Source: a virus (lineage: Duplodnaviria > Caudoviricetes). From it: DNA of 43,553 nucleotides. Both the position numbers and the translations under genes were made by a program. Location: positions 1 through 43,553 of the IMG/VR virus record IMGVR_UViG_3300037467_000390; one strand, 5' to 3'. Positions 8,528 through 16,843 of this stretch are shown one piece after another; the first letter of the stretch is position 1, and each line of letters starts with the position of its first letter. The notes under the pieces are model-generated. The model was not told the DNA's origin. It worked only from the letters and a program-made list of their open reading frames with translations, and did not search any database.

Positions 8528-9079
8528 ATGGAACTCCACCAGTCTCAACTTGCCCCGTCTGAGAACAAGTTTCATGTCGGCAATGGATCGGACGGAAAGC
8601 ACTATTGGCTGACGCCGCCAGACGTGTATGCGGCGCTCGATGCTGAGTTTAATTTTGATTTCGATCCTTGCCCGTATCCATTGCCAGAGGGTTTCGATGG
8701 CCTGACCTGCGAATGGGGCCAATCGAACTATGTCAACCCGCCATTCGGCTCGATACTGCGCTTCAAGCGCCAAGACTGCCGCCACGAAACCGAGACTAAG
8801 AAATCGCGGACCTGCATTCATTGCGGAGAGGTTGGAAGAAAACTTGGCCCGACAGCTTGGATCCGCAAGGCAATCGCAGAATGCGGCAAGGGCAAACGAA
8901 CCGTTCTCGTTTTCCCGCTCGATAAATGGGTGCTGATGCTTCTTAAGGCATGCCTCGGCGATCATGCTCAAGTGCGAAATCTCGGCGATGTGAAGTGGCT
9001 GGCGACCGAAGATGGATCCGCCGGTAAAGGCACCGGCCGGCACATCGCGTGCTTCATCTTGGAGCCCGACCATGCTTAG
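8528..9079 (+). CDS. Phage DNA N6-adenine methyltransferase (T1 Dam-like family)
   Basis: WLTPP...FDFDPCP, DGLTCEWG and catalytic NPPF motifs. Confidence 0.85.
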   Translation: MELHQSQLAPSENKFHVGNGSDGKHYWLTPPDVYAALDAEFNFDFDPCPYPLPEGFDGLTCEWGQSNYVNPPFGSILRFKRQDCRHETETKKSRTCIHCGEVGRKLGPTAWIRKAIAECGKGKRTVLVFPLDKWVLMLLKACLGDHAQVRNLGDVKWLATEDGSAGKGTGRHIACFILEPDHA

Positions 9080-9287
9080 CCCAGACCTCATTGCCGATCA
9101 GGCGATTCTCACGGTCTCGGCATGGCAGCGCGAGACCTCGCAACAGATGGCGGACCGTCTTTTGCCTATCTGGCAGGCCCGCCGAGATTTGCCGCCCGAA
9201 CAGCGTCTCAACGACAACCACCAGGATCACTACAACGCCACGCTCGAAGCGGGGCGCGGAATTTTCGGGAGCGACCAGCATGTTTAG
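9072..9287 (+). CDS. Hypothetical protein
   Basis: GGAG RBS; overlaps neighbours in the operon. Confidence 0.55.
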   Translation: MLSPDLIADQAILTVSAWQRETSQQMADRLLPIWQARRDLPPEQRLNDNHQDHYNATLEAGRGIFGSDQHV

Positions 9288-9579
9288 GGTGGGGCAGAAG
9301 GTAGTGTGTGTGGATTTTTCACCCAGTTCTCGGGGCATTCCCATGCCATTCGTAAAAAGCCACGTTTACACGGTGTCGAACACTGTGACGACTTGGGAGG
9401 GGCAAGGCATTGAGGTTGCGGAAATCGAAACGCCCACCGTCGCCGGACACTTCCGAGCGTGGAATAGCCGCCGCTTCCGCCCCATCGTCTCGCGCCCGAC
9501 CTCTATTGCTGTATTCGAGGAAATCCTGCGGAAGGTGAATGCGCCGGGTCGGGTGACGGAGGTGGCGCGTCATGGCTAA
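9280..9579 (+). CDS. Hypothetical protein (MFRVGQKVVCVD, SH3-like phage family)
   Basis: FxVGQKVVCVD...YTV...RFRPI pattern common in phage early genes. Confidence 0.7.
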   Translation: MFRVGQKVVCVDFSPSSRGIPMPFVKSHVYTVSNTVTTWEGQGIEVAEIETPTVAGHFRAWNSRRFRPIVSRPTSIAVFEEILRKVNAPGRVTEVARHG

Positions 9580-9838
9580 CGCTCCGCATCTCAAGATTTT
9601 CAACACACTCGGCGAATACATCGGGTGCGTGAAGCATTACGAGGATGCCGCGTGTCTCGTCGCCAGCTATGGGGCTGGTGCAACTGTCCGATTTGGACAC
9701 AGCAAGCGTCACACGCTTTGGAGTGAAGGCGCTGAGGCTTTCTCTGCCGGTGAAAGCTACGATCAAGCCGCCATCGTGATGCGCGACCGCGAGAACGCGA
9801 TGTGGGCCGCCTCTAAGGCTGGTGGCTCCGATGAGTGA
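9572..9838 (+). CDS. Hypothetical protein
   Basis: GGAGG RBS; operon-coupled. Confidence 0.65.
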   Translation: MANAPHLKIFNTLGEYIGCVKHYEDAACLVASYGAGATVRFGHSKRHTLWSEGAEAFSAGESYDQAAIVMRDRENAMWAASKAGGSDE

Positions 9839-10265
9839 AGCAAGCAAGATGCCGGCGAGGACTCCTGGACCGTGGCGAGCGGTTGGGATGGTCGTATTCT
9901 CAGACGTTGATCGCTTTTACAATAATCCCGTCGCTCGCGTGGGCGCTCCACTCAACAAGAACGACAATCGTGTTGAGGAAGCAGAAGCGAACACGGCCTT
10001 CATCGTCGAAGCCTGCAACCAGCACGACGAACTGAAACGCCGCGCCGACATTGCGGAGCAGCGTGAGCAGGCACTGGTTGAGGCGCTGCGCTTCTATGCG
10101 GATCCGAAGAATTGGACCGGTGGAACGATACTGGACATGGAAGCGAGCCATTTCGACGGCTGGTCGAAAGCTCAAGCCGCTCTCTCCGCATGGGAGGCGA
10201 GCAACCCTGCCCGTCAGGCGTCCAATGGTGATCGCCATGCAGGGGAGGCAAAACATAATGGATAA
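9831..10265 (+). CDS. TPGPW-motif phage protein
   Basis: RTPGPW...EANTAFIVEACN...LVEALRFYAD. Confidence 0.7.
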   Translation: MSEASKMPARTPGPWRAVGMVVFSDVDRFYNNPVARVGAPLNKNDNRVEEAEANTAFIVEACNQHDELKRRADIAEQREQALVEALRFYADPKNWTGGTILDMEASHFDGWSKAQAALSAWEASNPARQASNGDRHAGEAKHNG

Positions 10266-11952
10266 GACCGAGATGATGGCGCTGGCGGACCTAATCGAGG
10301 CGTCCGATGGGCTGTTCACGATGCACGGCGGCAAGCCGCGACAACTTGGCATTCGGCAGTCGGCGGAAGTAATAGCCGCCCTCCGCACGTCCGCCGCAGC
10401 GTCAAGCGCCGGGGCGACTCCCAACGCTACCACCATTGCCGCCATCCAGGAACTGGAAGCGGGAGGCGGTGAGACTTGGCCGCCGGCAAAGGCGTATCCT
10501 TGGCCGAAAGCGTTCAAGGTGATCCGTCACGCAAAAGACACTTGGTACGGTGAAATACATTTTGCGCGTTTCCCTACCGACGAGGAATTGCAGGCACTTT
10601 CCGATTTTTTGAATGCCAACCATGAGAACGCCCTCATCCCCGAGCCCGCAAAGGCCGGTGACGAAGTGATGCTGCGGGAGGCATTGGCGGACGCTCGCAA
10701 TGCGCTTGTCGCCCTACGTACAAGGCTCAAGGCTGAGCCGTCGGTGCAAGGTCGCGGCTGGATCAGTCTCGGCATTGTCCTGAACAATGCGGTCGATAAG
10801 GCTAATGCGGCTCTTGGTGCATCTTTATGGGAATGCGCCGCTCGACAGCAAGGGACGGCGGGCGGTAATGACCCGGCCGATTGCGGCTGGCCCGTCTGCG
10901 GTTGCGACCCGTATGCCGACAAGGTGATAGCGGCGCTACAAGAGAGTGGCGCCCTCTCGACGACCGCACCCCAACCCGACAACGGGGCGCGGGGCAACGT
11001 TGGCGCAATGCGGGAGGCGCTTGAACAGGCGCTAGAACGCATGAAGATGGCGGTTGATTGGTGGAACAAGGGCGGTCACTCGTTGCCGCAAATGAGCGCC
11101 GCTATCGAAATGGCAGAAAGCGCCCTCGCGGCGAACCAACCTGACGGCGGCGTGGAAGGACACGCCGATCTAGCAAGCGACGGCAAATGCCTCGTTGTGG
11201 AAACGATTGATCATCGTGAAAGCAGCGACGGAGTCTCGGCTACGTCCGGGCGTCAAGCAGCGGATCGCCAACAGGCCATTGGAGCCGGTATCAAGCCCGG
11301 CCCGTCAGATACCGCCCATGCGGAGCCGGTGGCAGCCTCGGGCCGTTACGAGCGCCTTATCAAGACCTTGCTCTACTGGCGCGACAATAGCACCGCGAAC
11401 AGCATTGAGTTGACGCGTGGCGATGTTATCGCGCTGCTTGGCGGAATTTGTGATGCGCAGTCGTATGCCGATCTTCGCGCGAGCGGCGGGGTCGCGGAGC
11501 AGACGAAGGGAACGCCGATTGGCTACATCAGCAAGGCCGGCTTGGAGAGATTGAGAGAGTGGTTTTATGATGCGGATGCGGTTGGCGTCATCGGTGAACC
11601 TAAAGCCCCGCGAGACATCCCCCTCTACGCCCACCCGCCGCGCTCCGTCGATGTGGAGGCGATTGCGCGGGCTTGGCACAAGGCTCGAAACGAATGGCTG
11701 CGCGCGTCACGCCACGGCACACAGGAGCAGGCTGATAACGCTGCAATCCGTTCCATCGCGGCGATGATCGAGGGGCTACCATCTCACCCCATCGCCCCGG
11801 CTGCACCTGTCAGCGTGGATGAGGTGGCGAAGATCATATGTACGGCGATGTTGGCAGAATTGAAAAACCGCTGGTTTTGTATTCCGCCGTACTTCTCGCT
11901 TGAGATTTCCGCACGCGCCCTTCTCGACGCGTTCAAGATGGAGAGGAAGTGA
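10258..11952 (+). CDS. Large mosaic hypothetical protein (564 aa) containing an in-frame tRNA-like element
   Basis: GGGGAGG RBS before ATG 10258. Chain of short phage-type segments joined by Ala/Pro linkers. Confidence 0.7.
   Translation: MDKTEMMALADLIEASDGLFTMHGGKPRQLGIRQSAEVIAALRTSAAASSAGATPNATTIAAIQELEAGGGETWPPAKAYPWPKAFKVIRHAKDTWYGEIHFARFPTDEELQALSDFLNANHENALIPEPAKAGDEVMLREALADARNALVALRTRLKAEPSVQGRGWISLGIVLNNAVDKANAALGASLWECAARQQGTAGGNDPADCGWPVCGCDPYADKVIAALQESGALSTTAPQPDNGARGNVGAMREALEQALERMKMAVDWWNKGGHSLPQMSAAIEMAESALAANQPDGGVEGHADLASDGKCLVVETIDHRESSDGVSATSGRQAADRQQAIGAGIKPGPSDTAHAEPVAASGRYERLIKTLLYWRDNSTANSIELTRGDVIALLGGICDAQSYADLRASGGVAEQTKGTPIGYISKAGLERLREWFYDADAVGVIGEPKAPRDIPLYAHPPRSVDVEAIARAWHKARNEWLRASRHGTQEQADNAAIRSIAAMIEGLPSHPIAPAAPVSVDEVAKIICTAMLAELKNRWFCIPPYFSLEISARALLDAFKMERK
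11141..11308 (+). ncRNA. tRNA-like cloverleaf element with expanded anticodon arm (not a canonical tRNA)
   Basis: Acceptor CTGACGG/CCGTCAG, D-like arm GCGTG-GAAGGA-CACGC, stem CGATCT/GGATCG, variable hairpin CCAA-CAGGCCA-TTGG, T-like arm GCCGG-TATCAAGC-CCGGC. Confidence 0.6.
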
Positions 11953-12143
11953 TGGACTTCAACCGTCCCATGTCGCCCGATGACTATTACCGGGCAAAGC
12001 TCGACGCGTTCCGCAAAGCGCAAGATGAGCACCGCGAAGAACTGGCCATCAAGGAAACGTCCCCATTCGCGTTGCATCGATCACGCGCCGAACGCCGACG
12101 CGCGCAACGAACAAAGCACAAGCTGGGAGGACTGCGCCCATGA
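11949..12143 (+). CDS. Hypothetical protein
   Basis: Coupled to both neighbours; basic C-terminus. Confidence 0.55.
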   Translation: MMDFNRPMSPDDYYRAKLDAFRKAQDEHREELAIKETSPFALHRSRAERRRAQRTKHKLGGLRP

Positions 12144-12640
12144 CCGCTGACACAGCCGCGCCGAGCCTTCTTCCGTGCCCATTTTGCGGCAAGCAACCGG
12201 TGCTACAGCCGAAAGGTAAGGTTCGCCGCTACATGATCTATTGCGCGAACGATGATTGCATGGGTCCGCACACCACTGCGGACAACAAACAAGATGCGTT
12301 GGTGCAATGGAACACCCGCGCCACCCCACCGGCACCGACGCCGAGCGCGGCCCCACAGGCTGGAAAGGCGATTGCCTTGCTCAATCGTCTCTGGTCGCAG
12401 TTCTATGACAGGCGGCCGCCCGGCGACCCGAAGAACACCTATCGCGAACTTAAATCGATCCTCGCCCTCCTGCCCGACGCAGCCGCGATCAGGGCGGCGG
12501 CATTCGAGGAAGCGGCGAAGATTGCGGAAAGAGACGCACTTAACGATCAATGGCCGTTCCATGGCTCAGAAATGATGGCTCCATCAAGGCGAATGCAGAT
12601 TACCATCGCCTCCGCCATTCGTGACGCAGGGAGGCGGTGA
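12140..12640 (+). CDS. Lar-family restriction-alleviation-like zinc-ribbon protein with C-terminal extension
   Basis: LLPCPFCG...IYCANDDC...WNTRA. Confidence 0.75.
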   Translation: MTADTAAPSLLPCPFCGKQPVLQPKGKVRRYMIYCANDDCMGPHTTADNKQDALVQWNTRATPPAPTPSAAPQAGKAIALLNRLWSQFYDRRPPGDPKNTYRELKSILALLPDAAAIRAAAFEEAAKIAERDALNDQWPFHGSEMMAPSRRMQITIASAIRDAGRR

Positions 12641-12849
12641 TGAAACTGACGGAAGCGCAGAAGCGCTTTCTGCGAGAACTAGTGCGCTGGACTGGCGCAG
12701 CCACGCCGCAAGAGCTTGGTCCGCAGATGTATCAATCCGAGAACGCCGCCCGGCAAACGTGTAAGCGGCGCGGCCTCGTCACTTATGACGGCAGCTATTG
12801 GCGCATTACCCCCGCCGGCCGCTCCGCTCTCCAGCGCGAAGGGGAATAG
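12637..12849 (+). CDS. Small winged-helix-like hypothetical protein
   Basis: MKLTEAQKRFL...RRGLV...WRITPAGRSAL. Confidence 0.65.
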   Translation: MMKLTEAQKRFLRELVRWTGAATPQELGPQMYQSENAARQTCKRRGLVTYDGSYWRITPAGRSALQREGE

Positions 12850-12850
12850 C

Positions 12851-13249
12851 ATGGTCCGCATCCCTAAAGCCAAGCCATGCCCATTCTGTCACTCAATTGA
12901 TAGCTTCGTTGAACGCATGGATTTGTCGTCCTGGCAACGCACCTGCAATGACTGCTTTGCCCGTGGGCCAATCTTTTGTCACGCTGACTATGACGACGAC
13001 AAAGCAGAAGCCGCGGCCACCCGGCTGGAATACTCGATCACGCCGTCGCTAAGGGGAATAGCAGTCATGGCATGGGACCATCGGTATCGAAGACTCGACG
13101 AGGGCGAGATCATTCGCGAAGGCGATGAATGTCTGACGGATAGTCATCTTGGCTGGCAACCGGCCAAGCATGACATCGGCGGCAAAGCTCCTGATCCTGC
13201 TTATACCGCGCATCGCATGTATCGCCGCCTCAAGCAGGATGGGGAATAG
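12851..13249 (+). CDS. Second Lar-like zinc-ribbon gene, apparently frameshifted and fused to a downstream small gene (13067..13249)
   Basis: KPCPFCH...TCNDC. The expected WNTR ending lies in another frame (stop at 13052). An internal ATG at 13067 has its own GGGGA RBS. Confidence 0.6.
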   Translation: MVRIPKAKPCPFCHSIDSFVERMDLSSWQRTCNDCFARGPIFCHADYDDDKAEAAATRLEYSITPSLRGIAVMAWDHRYRRLDEGEIIREGDECLTDSHLGWQPAKHDIGGKAPDPAYTAHRMYRRLKQDGE

Positions 13250-13250
13250 C

Positions 13251-13877
13251 ATGGCAGAGGATTTGGTGAAGCGGTTGCGCGATATCCATGCCGGTGACGC
13301 CGTCGATGTCGCCGGCAAACTCGACGACCTGTGCCAAGAAGCCGCCGACCTGATCGAGCGGCAAGCCGCCTCGCTCGCCGCGAAGGACGCGGAGATAGAG
13401 AGGCGTGACGCTTTCATCAAGGAACTGTCCAACGCGTTGATTGCCATTCGCCCGCTTGGTGGGTCAGAATTGTTCGTGAAGCGGTTCGGGAAACACTACG
13501 CCGATCCCGCATATTGCAAGACAGCAATCGTGAAAGACGCTGACGCCCGGCACGAAGCTATGTCGGGGCTGGTAAGGCACCGCCGCCGCGCCGAGCAGGC
13601 AGAGCGCGCGTTGGCAGAAACCCGCACCGAGCTAGGCGAAACACAGCTTGTCCTTGAGCAGACAGAGCGCAACGCCGCGCGGGTGATTGCTGAGGCGGTC
13701 GAGGTGATGAGGCCGTTTGCAGCGCAGGCTGACGTTTGGCCGCAGATCCCCGACAATCAGGCAATGATGACTTCTAACGGCGAAGATTTATCGGCGCTCG
13801 ACATGCTGATGTCCGATCTGCGCGCCGCCCGCGCCTTCATCGCGGAGCACGGCTCCGATAGCAGAGAGGGGAAGTGA
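13251..13877 (+). CDS. Coiled-coil phage early protein
   Basis: MAEDLVKRLR...EAADLIE...AVEVMRPFA...DLRAARA segments typical of phage early mosaic proteins. Confidence 0.7.
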   Translation: MAEDLVKRLRDIHAGDAVDVAGKLDDLCQEAADLIERQAASLAAKDAEIERRDAFIKELSNALIAIRPLGGSELFVKRFGKHYADPAYCKTAIVKDADARHEAMSGLVRHRRRAEQAERALAETRTELGETQLVLEQTERNAARVIAEAVEVMRPFAAQADVWPQIPDNQAMMTSNGEDLSALDMLMSDLRAARAFIAEHGSDSREGK

Positions 13878-13878
13878 G

Positions 13879-14277
13879 ATGGCTGACATCATCGCAAACA
13901 ACAATCCAAACAACACTTGGGGTAAATCGGTTGTCGAGATCGTTTTGAAACAGTGGCAATATGAAAAGACGTTCACGCTCCACGTCGGCGGCAATTGTCG
14001 GGGCTTCGATGTCTTGGATGCAGCGGTCGGAATGATCTATGACCACATCTTGGACACCGAGGATGACGCGGCCGTTACGCTGATCCGAGCCGATGGCGAA
14101 ACGTTGCTCTGCGAAGATGACGAGGAGCGCGGCGACGGCTGGATCAAGGACATGGTCGCCTCAGTTCGGATCGTCGATTACATTCAGCCGACGCTCAACG
14201 AAGTCCGTAGGATAAACGGCGCGAAGCCGTTGCCAGATGGCGACAAGCCCTACGAACCGATGGGCAGCCACCCATGA
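13879..14277 (+). CDS. Hypothetical protein (acidic)
   Basis: Operon-coupled ORF, 132 aa. Confidence 0.7.
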   Translation: MADIIANNNPNNTWGKSVVEIVLKQWQYEKTFTLHVGGNCRGFDVLDAAVGMIYDHILDTEDDAAVTLIRADGETLLCEDDEERGDGWIKDMVASVRIVDYIQPTLNEVRRINGAKPLPDGDKPYEPMGSHP

Positions 14278-14494
14278 ACCAGCGAGCAATCGTCATCCGC
14301 TGCATCGCGTGCGGCGGCATGTTCATCGATGACGATAAATATTATCCCGATGAAAGTGGAGGATTCATTCACGCCAAGTGCTGCGGGCCGGAACCCGAAA
14401 GCTACGTGGACAAGGATGGTAATCCTCTCGGGCCAAACGATCCTATCCCTGAGCCTTCTATTTGGGAGGCCGTCCACCCATGAACCAGCGAGCA
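14268..14494 (+). repeat. 21-bp perfect direct repeat CCACCCATGAACCAGCGAGCA (14268-14288 and 14474-14494) bracketing one gene
   Basis: Read directly. Each copy contains the stop/start overlap and the first codons MNQRA. Confidence 0.9.
14274..14483 (+). CDS. Small Cys/His zinc-finger-like protein
   Basis: RCIACG...FIHAKCC. Confidence 0.65.
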   Translation: MNQRAIVIRCIACGGMFIDDDKYYPDESGGFIHAKCCGPEPESYVDKDGNPLGPNDPIPEPSIWEAVHP

Positions 14495-14827
14495 CTAGAA
14501 CCCAGCGCCCTTGCCATGCTCAAGTGGATGCATGGCGCGCAAGCCGAATTTGAGCACTTCGCGCCCGGCATCAAAGCCGGGCTTCTCGAACAGGCCCAGG
14601 AATGCATCACCGCATACGAAGCGCACCTCAAGGCAGGGGGGTTCGTCGTGGTGCCGGTTGAGGCCACGACGCAACAGATGGACGCGGCTGGAAAGGCCGT
14701 CACTCAATACATAGAGAACATGACGTGCGCAGGCGGCGAGGTCGAAGCGACGGACTACGCGCTTAGAGCGGTGATCTACACCGCCATGATCTCCCCAGCA
14801 CAGGAGCCGAATGATGCAAGTGACTGA
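14480..14827 (+). CDS. Hypothetical protein
   Basis: GFVVVPVEATTQQMDAAG...IYTAMI segment common in phage early proteins. Confidence 0.7.
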   Translation: MNQRALEPSALAMLKWMHGAQAEFEHFAPGIKAGLLEQAQECITAYEAHLKAGGFVVVPVEATTQQMDAAGKAVTQYIENMTCAGGEVEATDYALRAVIYTAMISPAQEPNDASD

Positions 14828-15134
14828 TGAGATGGTGCGGGTGGCTTGTCGCGGGTATGGCGTCAGTGACCCGACTCCTACGCACAAGATCGCCATGCGC
14901 GCCGCAATCACCGCCGCGTTTGCAGCGATGTGGCGGCCGATTGAGGAAGCGCCGGATTCCGAAACGGTGATAGTTGGCGGTGGCGATGCCGTCTACCCGG
15001 TCACCGCTTCGTGGGGCGGACAATTCGATGAGGGTGAAGGCTGGCAGGTTGACGGCCAAGAAGATATTCATTGCGAGACCGGATGGCCCACCCACTTCAT
15101 GCCCCTCCCCTCTCCGCCGACCAGGGAGGCGTAG
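14811..15134 (+). CDS. DUF551-like protein
   Basis: WRPIEEAP...PTHFMPLPSPP. Confidence 0.7.
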   Translation: MMQVTDEMVRVACRGYGVSDPTPTHKIAMRAAITAAFAAMWRPIEEAPDSETVIVGGGDAVYPVTASWGGQFDEGEGWQVDGQEDIHCETGWPTHFMPLPSPPTREA

Positions 15135-15138
15135 GGGG

Positions 15139-15393
15139 ATGAAGATCGCGCTCTACATTGAAGATGGCCTTGAGCAGATCGTGCTCACGCCGGATTCCGA
15201 AACCGAAAAGAACATCCTCGCCAAGATTCACGATGGCTCGCGTGAACTGACAATCTCGCGCGGCGCATTCTACGGTTGTCGTGGCGGATGGACGCGCTGG
15301 AAGGCAGATAGTTCTAGCCTCTATGGCTCAATGTCCGAGGATGAAAGCACGATGATTGTGCTTCGCCCCTCCCCCTTGGACGGCCGGCCATGA
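15139..15393 (+). CDS. Hypothetical protein
   Basis: MKIALYIEDGLEQIVLTP; purine-rich RBS. Confidence 0.65.
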   Translation: MKIALYIEDGLEQIVLTPDSETEKNILAKIHDGSRELTISRGAFYGCRGGWTRWKADSSSLYGSMSEDESTMIVLRPSPLDGRP

Positions 15394-15584
15394 GCAGGGT
15401 GGCGGCTCGCATAACCCAGGCTGACGTTGCCCGCGCGATCCGTGCGGCAAAGCAGACGGGTGCGGGCTGTGTCGAGATCCTGCCAGACGGGTCGATCAGG
15501 ATCAGCCTTTCCCCGTCATCCACGGTTTCCACACCGCTCGAGCGGAAAGAAGAACTTGAAGATTCGTCGGAGGTCATCCTGTGA
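15390..15584 (+). CDS. Putative excisionase/recombination directionality factor
   Basis: 64 aa ORF (ITQADVARAIRAA...EILPDGSIRI) coupled directly to the integrase start. Confidence 0.6.
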   Translation: MSRVAARITQADVARAIRAAKQTGAGCVEILPDGSIRISLSPSSTVSTPLERKEELEDSSEVIL

Positions 15585-16669
15585 TGACCGACATGCCCCG
15601 CCCTCGCCCCCAATATCTCCAAAGCGAACGAACCCGTCACGGCAAGCAGGTCTGGTACGTCCGCGTCGGCGCCGGCCCCCGCATCCGGATCAAGGGCGAA
15701 TACGGCTCCCCGGAGTTCACGGAGGCTTACCATGCGGCATTGGTTGGCGAGCGGCCGACGCCGAAGGAGCCGGCCGCGCGCGGGACGCTCGAGTGGCTTT
15801 GGCTGCTCTATCGGCAGTCGTCGGCTTGGACCGACCTATCCATGGCAACGCGCAAGCAGCGCGAGAACATCATGAAGCATGTTCTCAAGACGGCCGGTCA
15901 GCAGCCGCTTTCTCGCATCACTCGAGCGACGATTGTTGCCGGCCGTGACCGCCGGTCAAAAACGCCATCGCAGGCGAAGAACTTCATCAGCGCCATGCGC
16001 GGGCTTTACGGCTGGGCGCTCGAGGCCAACCTTGTGAACACCGATCCGACTGCCGGTGTGAAGCGACCCAAGCGCAAACGGTCGGAAGGCTTTCCAGTCT
16101 GGACCGATGATGACATTGCCAAGTTCCAGAAGCGATGGAAGCGCGGGACGCGGGAACGGGTCATGTTTGACCTGTTCCTCTATACCGGCCTCCGACGCGG
16201 GGACGCTGCGCTAGTCGGCAAGCAGCACGTCAAGGACGAGGCCATATCGATCGACACGGAAAAGACCGGGATGCGCGTCACCATTCCGATCGATCCCGAG
16301 TTGCAAAAGACGCTCGAGGCCGGGCCGACTGGACCGCTGGCGTTCATTGCCGCGCCGGACGGGCAACCGCTGGCGAAAGAATATCTGGGGAATCTGTTTC
16401 GGGAGGCATGTCGCGCAGCCGGCATAAGGAAGTCGGCGCATGGCCTGCGAAAGGCTGCGGCGACCAATGCGGCGAATCGCGGCGCGACCGTTGCCGAACT
16501 CGAGGCCATCTTCGGTTGGGCCGGCGGCCAGATGGCGTCGCTTTACACACGATCAGCGAACCGCGAAGCGCTGTCGAAAGGCGCGGCGGCAAAGCTGGCG
16601 AGGAACGAAACGGAAAATCCTATCCCCGCACCTGCGGATGCGGTCCCCCGCACCTCAAAAAAGGTGTAA
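15581..16669 (+). CDS. int: Tyrosine recombinase/integrase
   Basis: N-terminal arm-binding region, YTGLRRGD, TEKTG, HGLRK, FGW and SLYT catalytic motifs. Confidence 0.95.
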   Translation: MMTDMPRPRPQYLQSERTRHGKQVWYVRVGAGPRIRIKGEYGSPEFTEAYHAALVGERPTPKEPAARGTLEWLWLLYRQSSAWTDLSMATRKQRENIMKHVLKTAGQQPLSRITRATIVAGRDRRSKTPSQAKNFISAMRGLYGWALEANLVNTDPTAGVKRPKRKRSEGFPVWTDDDIAKFQKRWKRGTRERVMFDLFLYTGLRRGDAALVGKQHVKDEAISIDTEKTGMRVTIPIDPELQKTLEAGPTGPLAFIAAPDGQPLAKEYLGNLFREACRAAGIRKSAHGLRKAAATNAANRGATVAELEAIFGWAGGQMASLYTRSANREALSKGAAAKLARNETENPIPAPADAVPRTSKKV

Positions 16670-16815
16670 ACTTTTCAACTGCTTATAAGGGAGAAATTTT
16701 AGGATGGTGCGCTCGAGAGATGTGGAATCCTACTGTCAATTCAACACCGATCCCCCGCACAATGGCTATTTCGGCTCTTTGATTCAAAAAGAGAATTTTG
16801 AGCCGTCCCCGCACC
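16623..16815. other. Putative attP: core TGGTGCGCTCGAGAG (16705-16719) flanked by four arm-type repeats and an IHF-like site
   Basis: Core reverse complement CTCTCGAGCGCACCA looks like a tRNA 3' end with CCA. TCCCC(C)GCAC at 16623, 16644, 16751 and 16806. TTTCAACTGCTTA at 16673-16685 is 1 mismatch from WATCAANNNNTTR. Confidence 0.75.
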
Positions 16816-16843
16816 CCCCTTCTCCCTCACAGGAGGGGCGGCT

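Noticed and set aside
10417-10470. RelB/DinJ-type antitoxin gene
   Set aside because: Only a short similar peptide inside a long ORF, with no DNA-binding domain or adjacent toxin.
11141-11308. Canonical tRNA or tmRNA gene
   Set aside because: No 7-nt anticodon loop, no TTC T-loop, no CCA, and too short for tmRNA. Kept only as a tRNA-like element.
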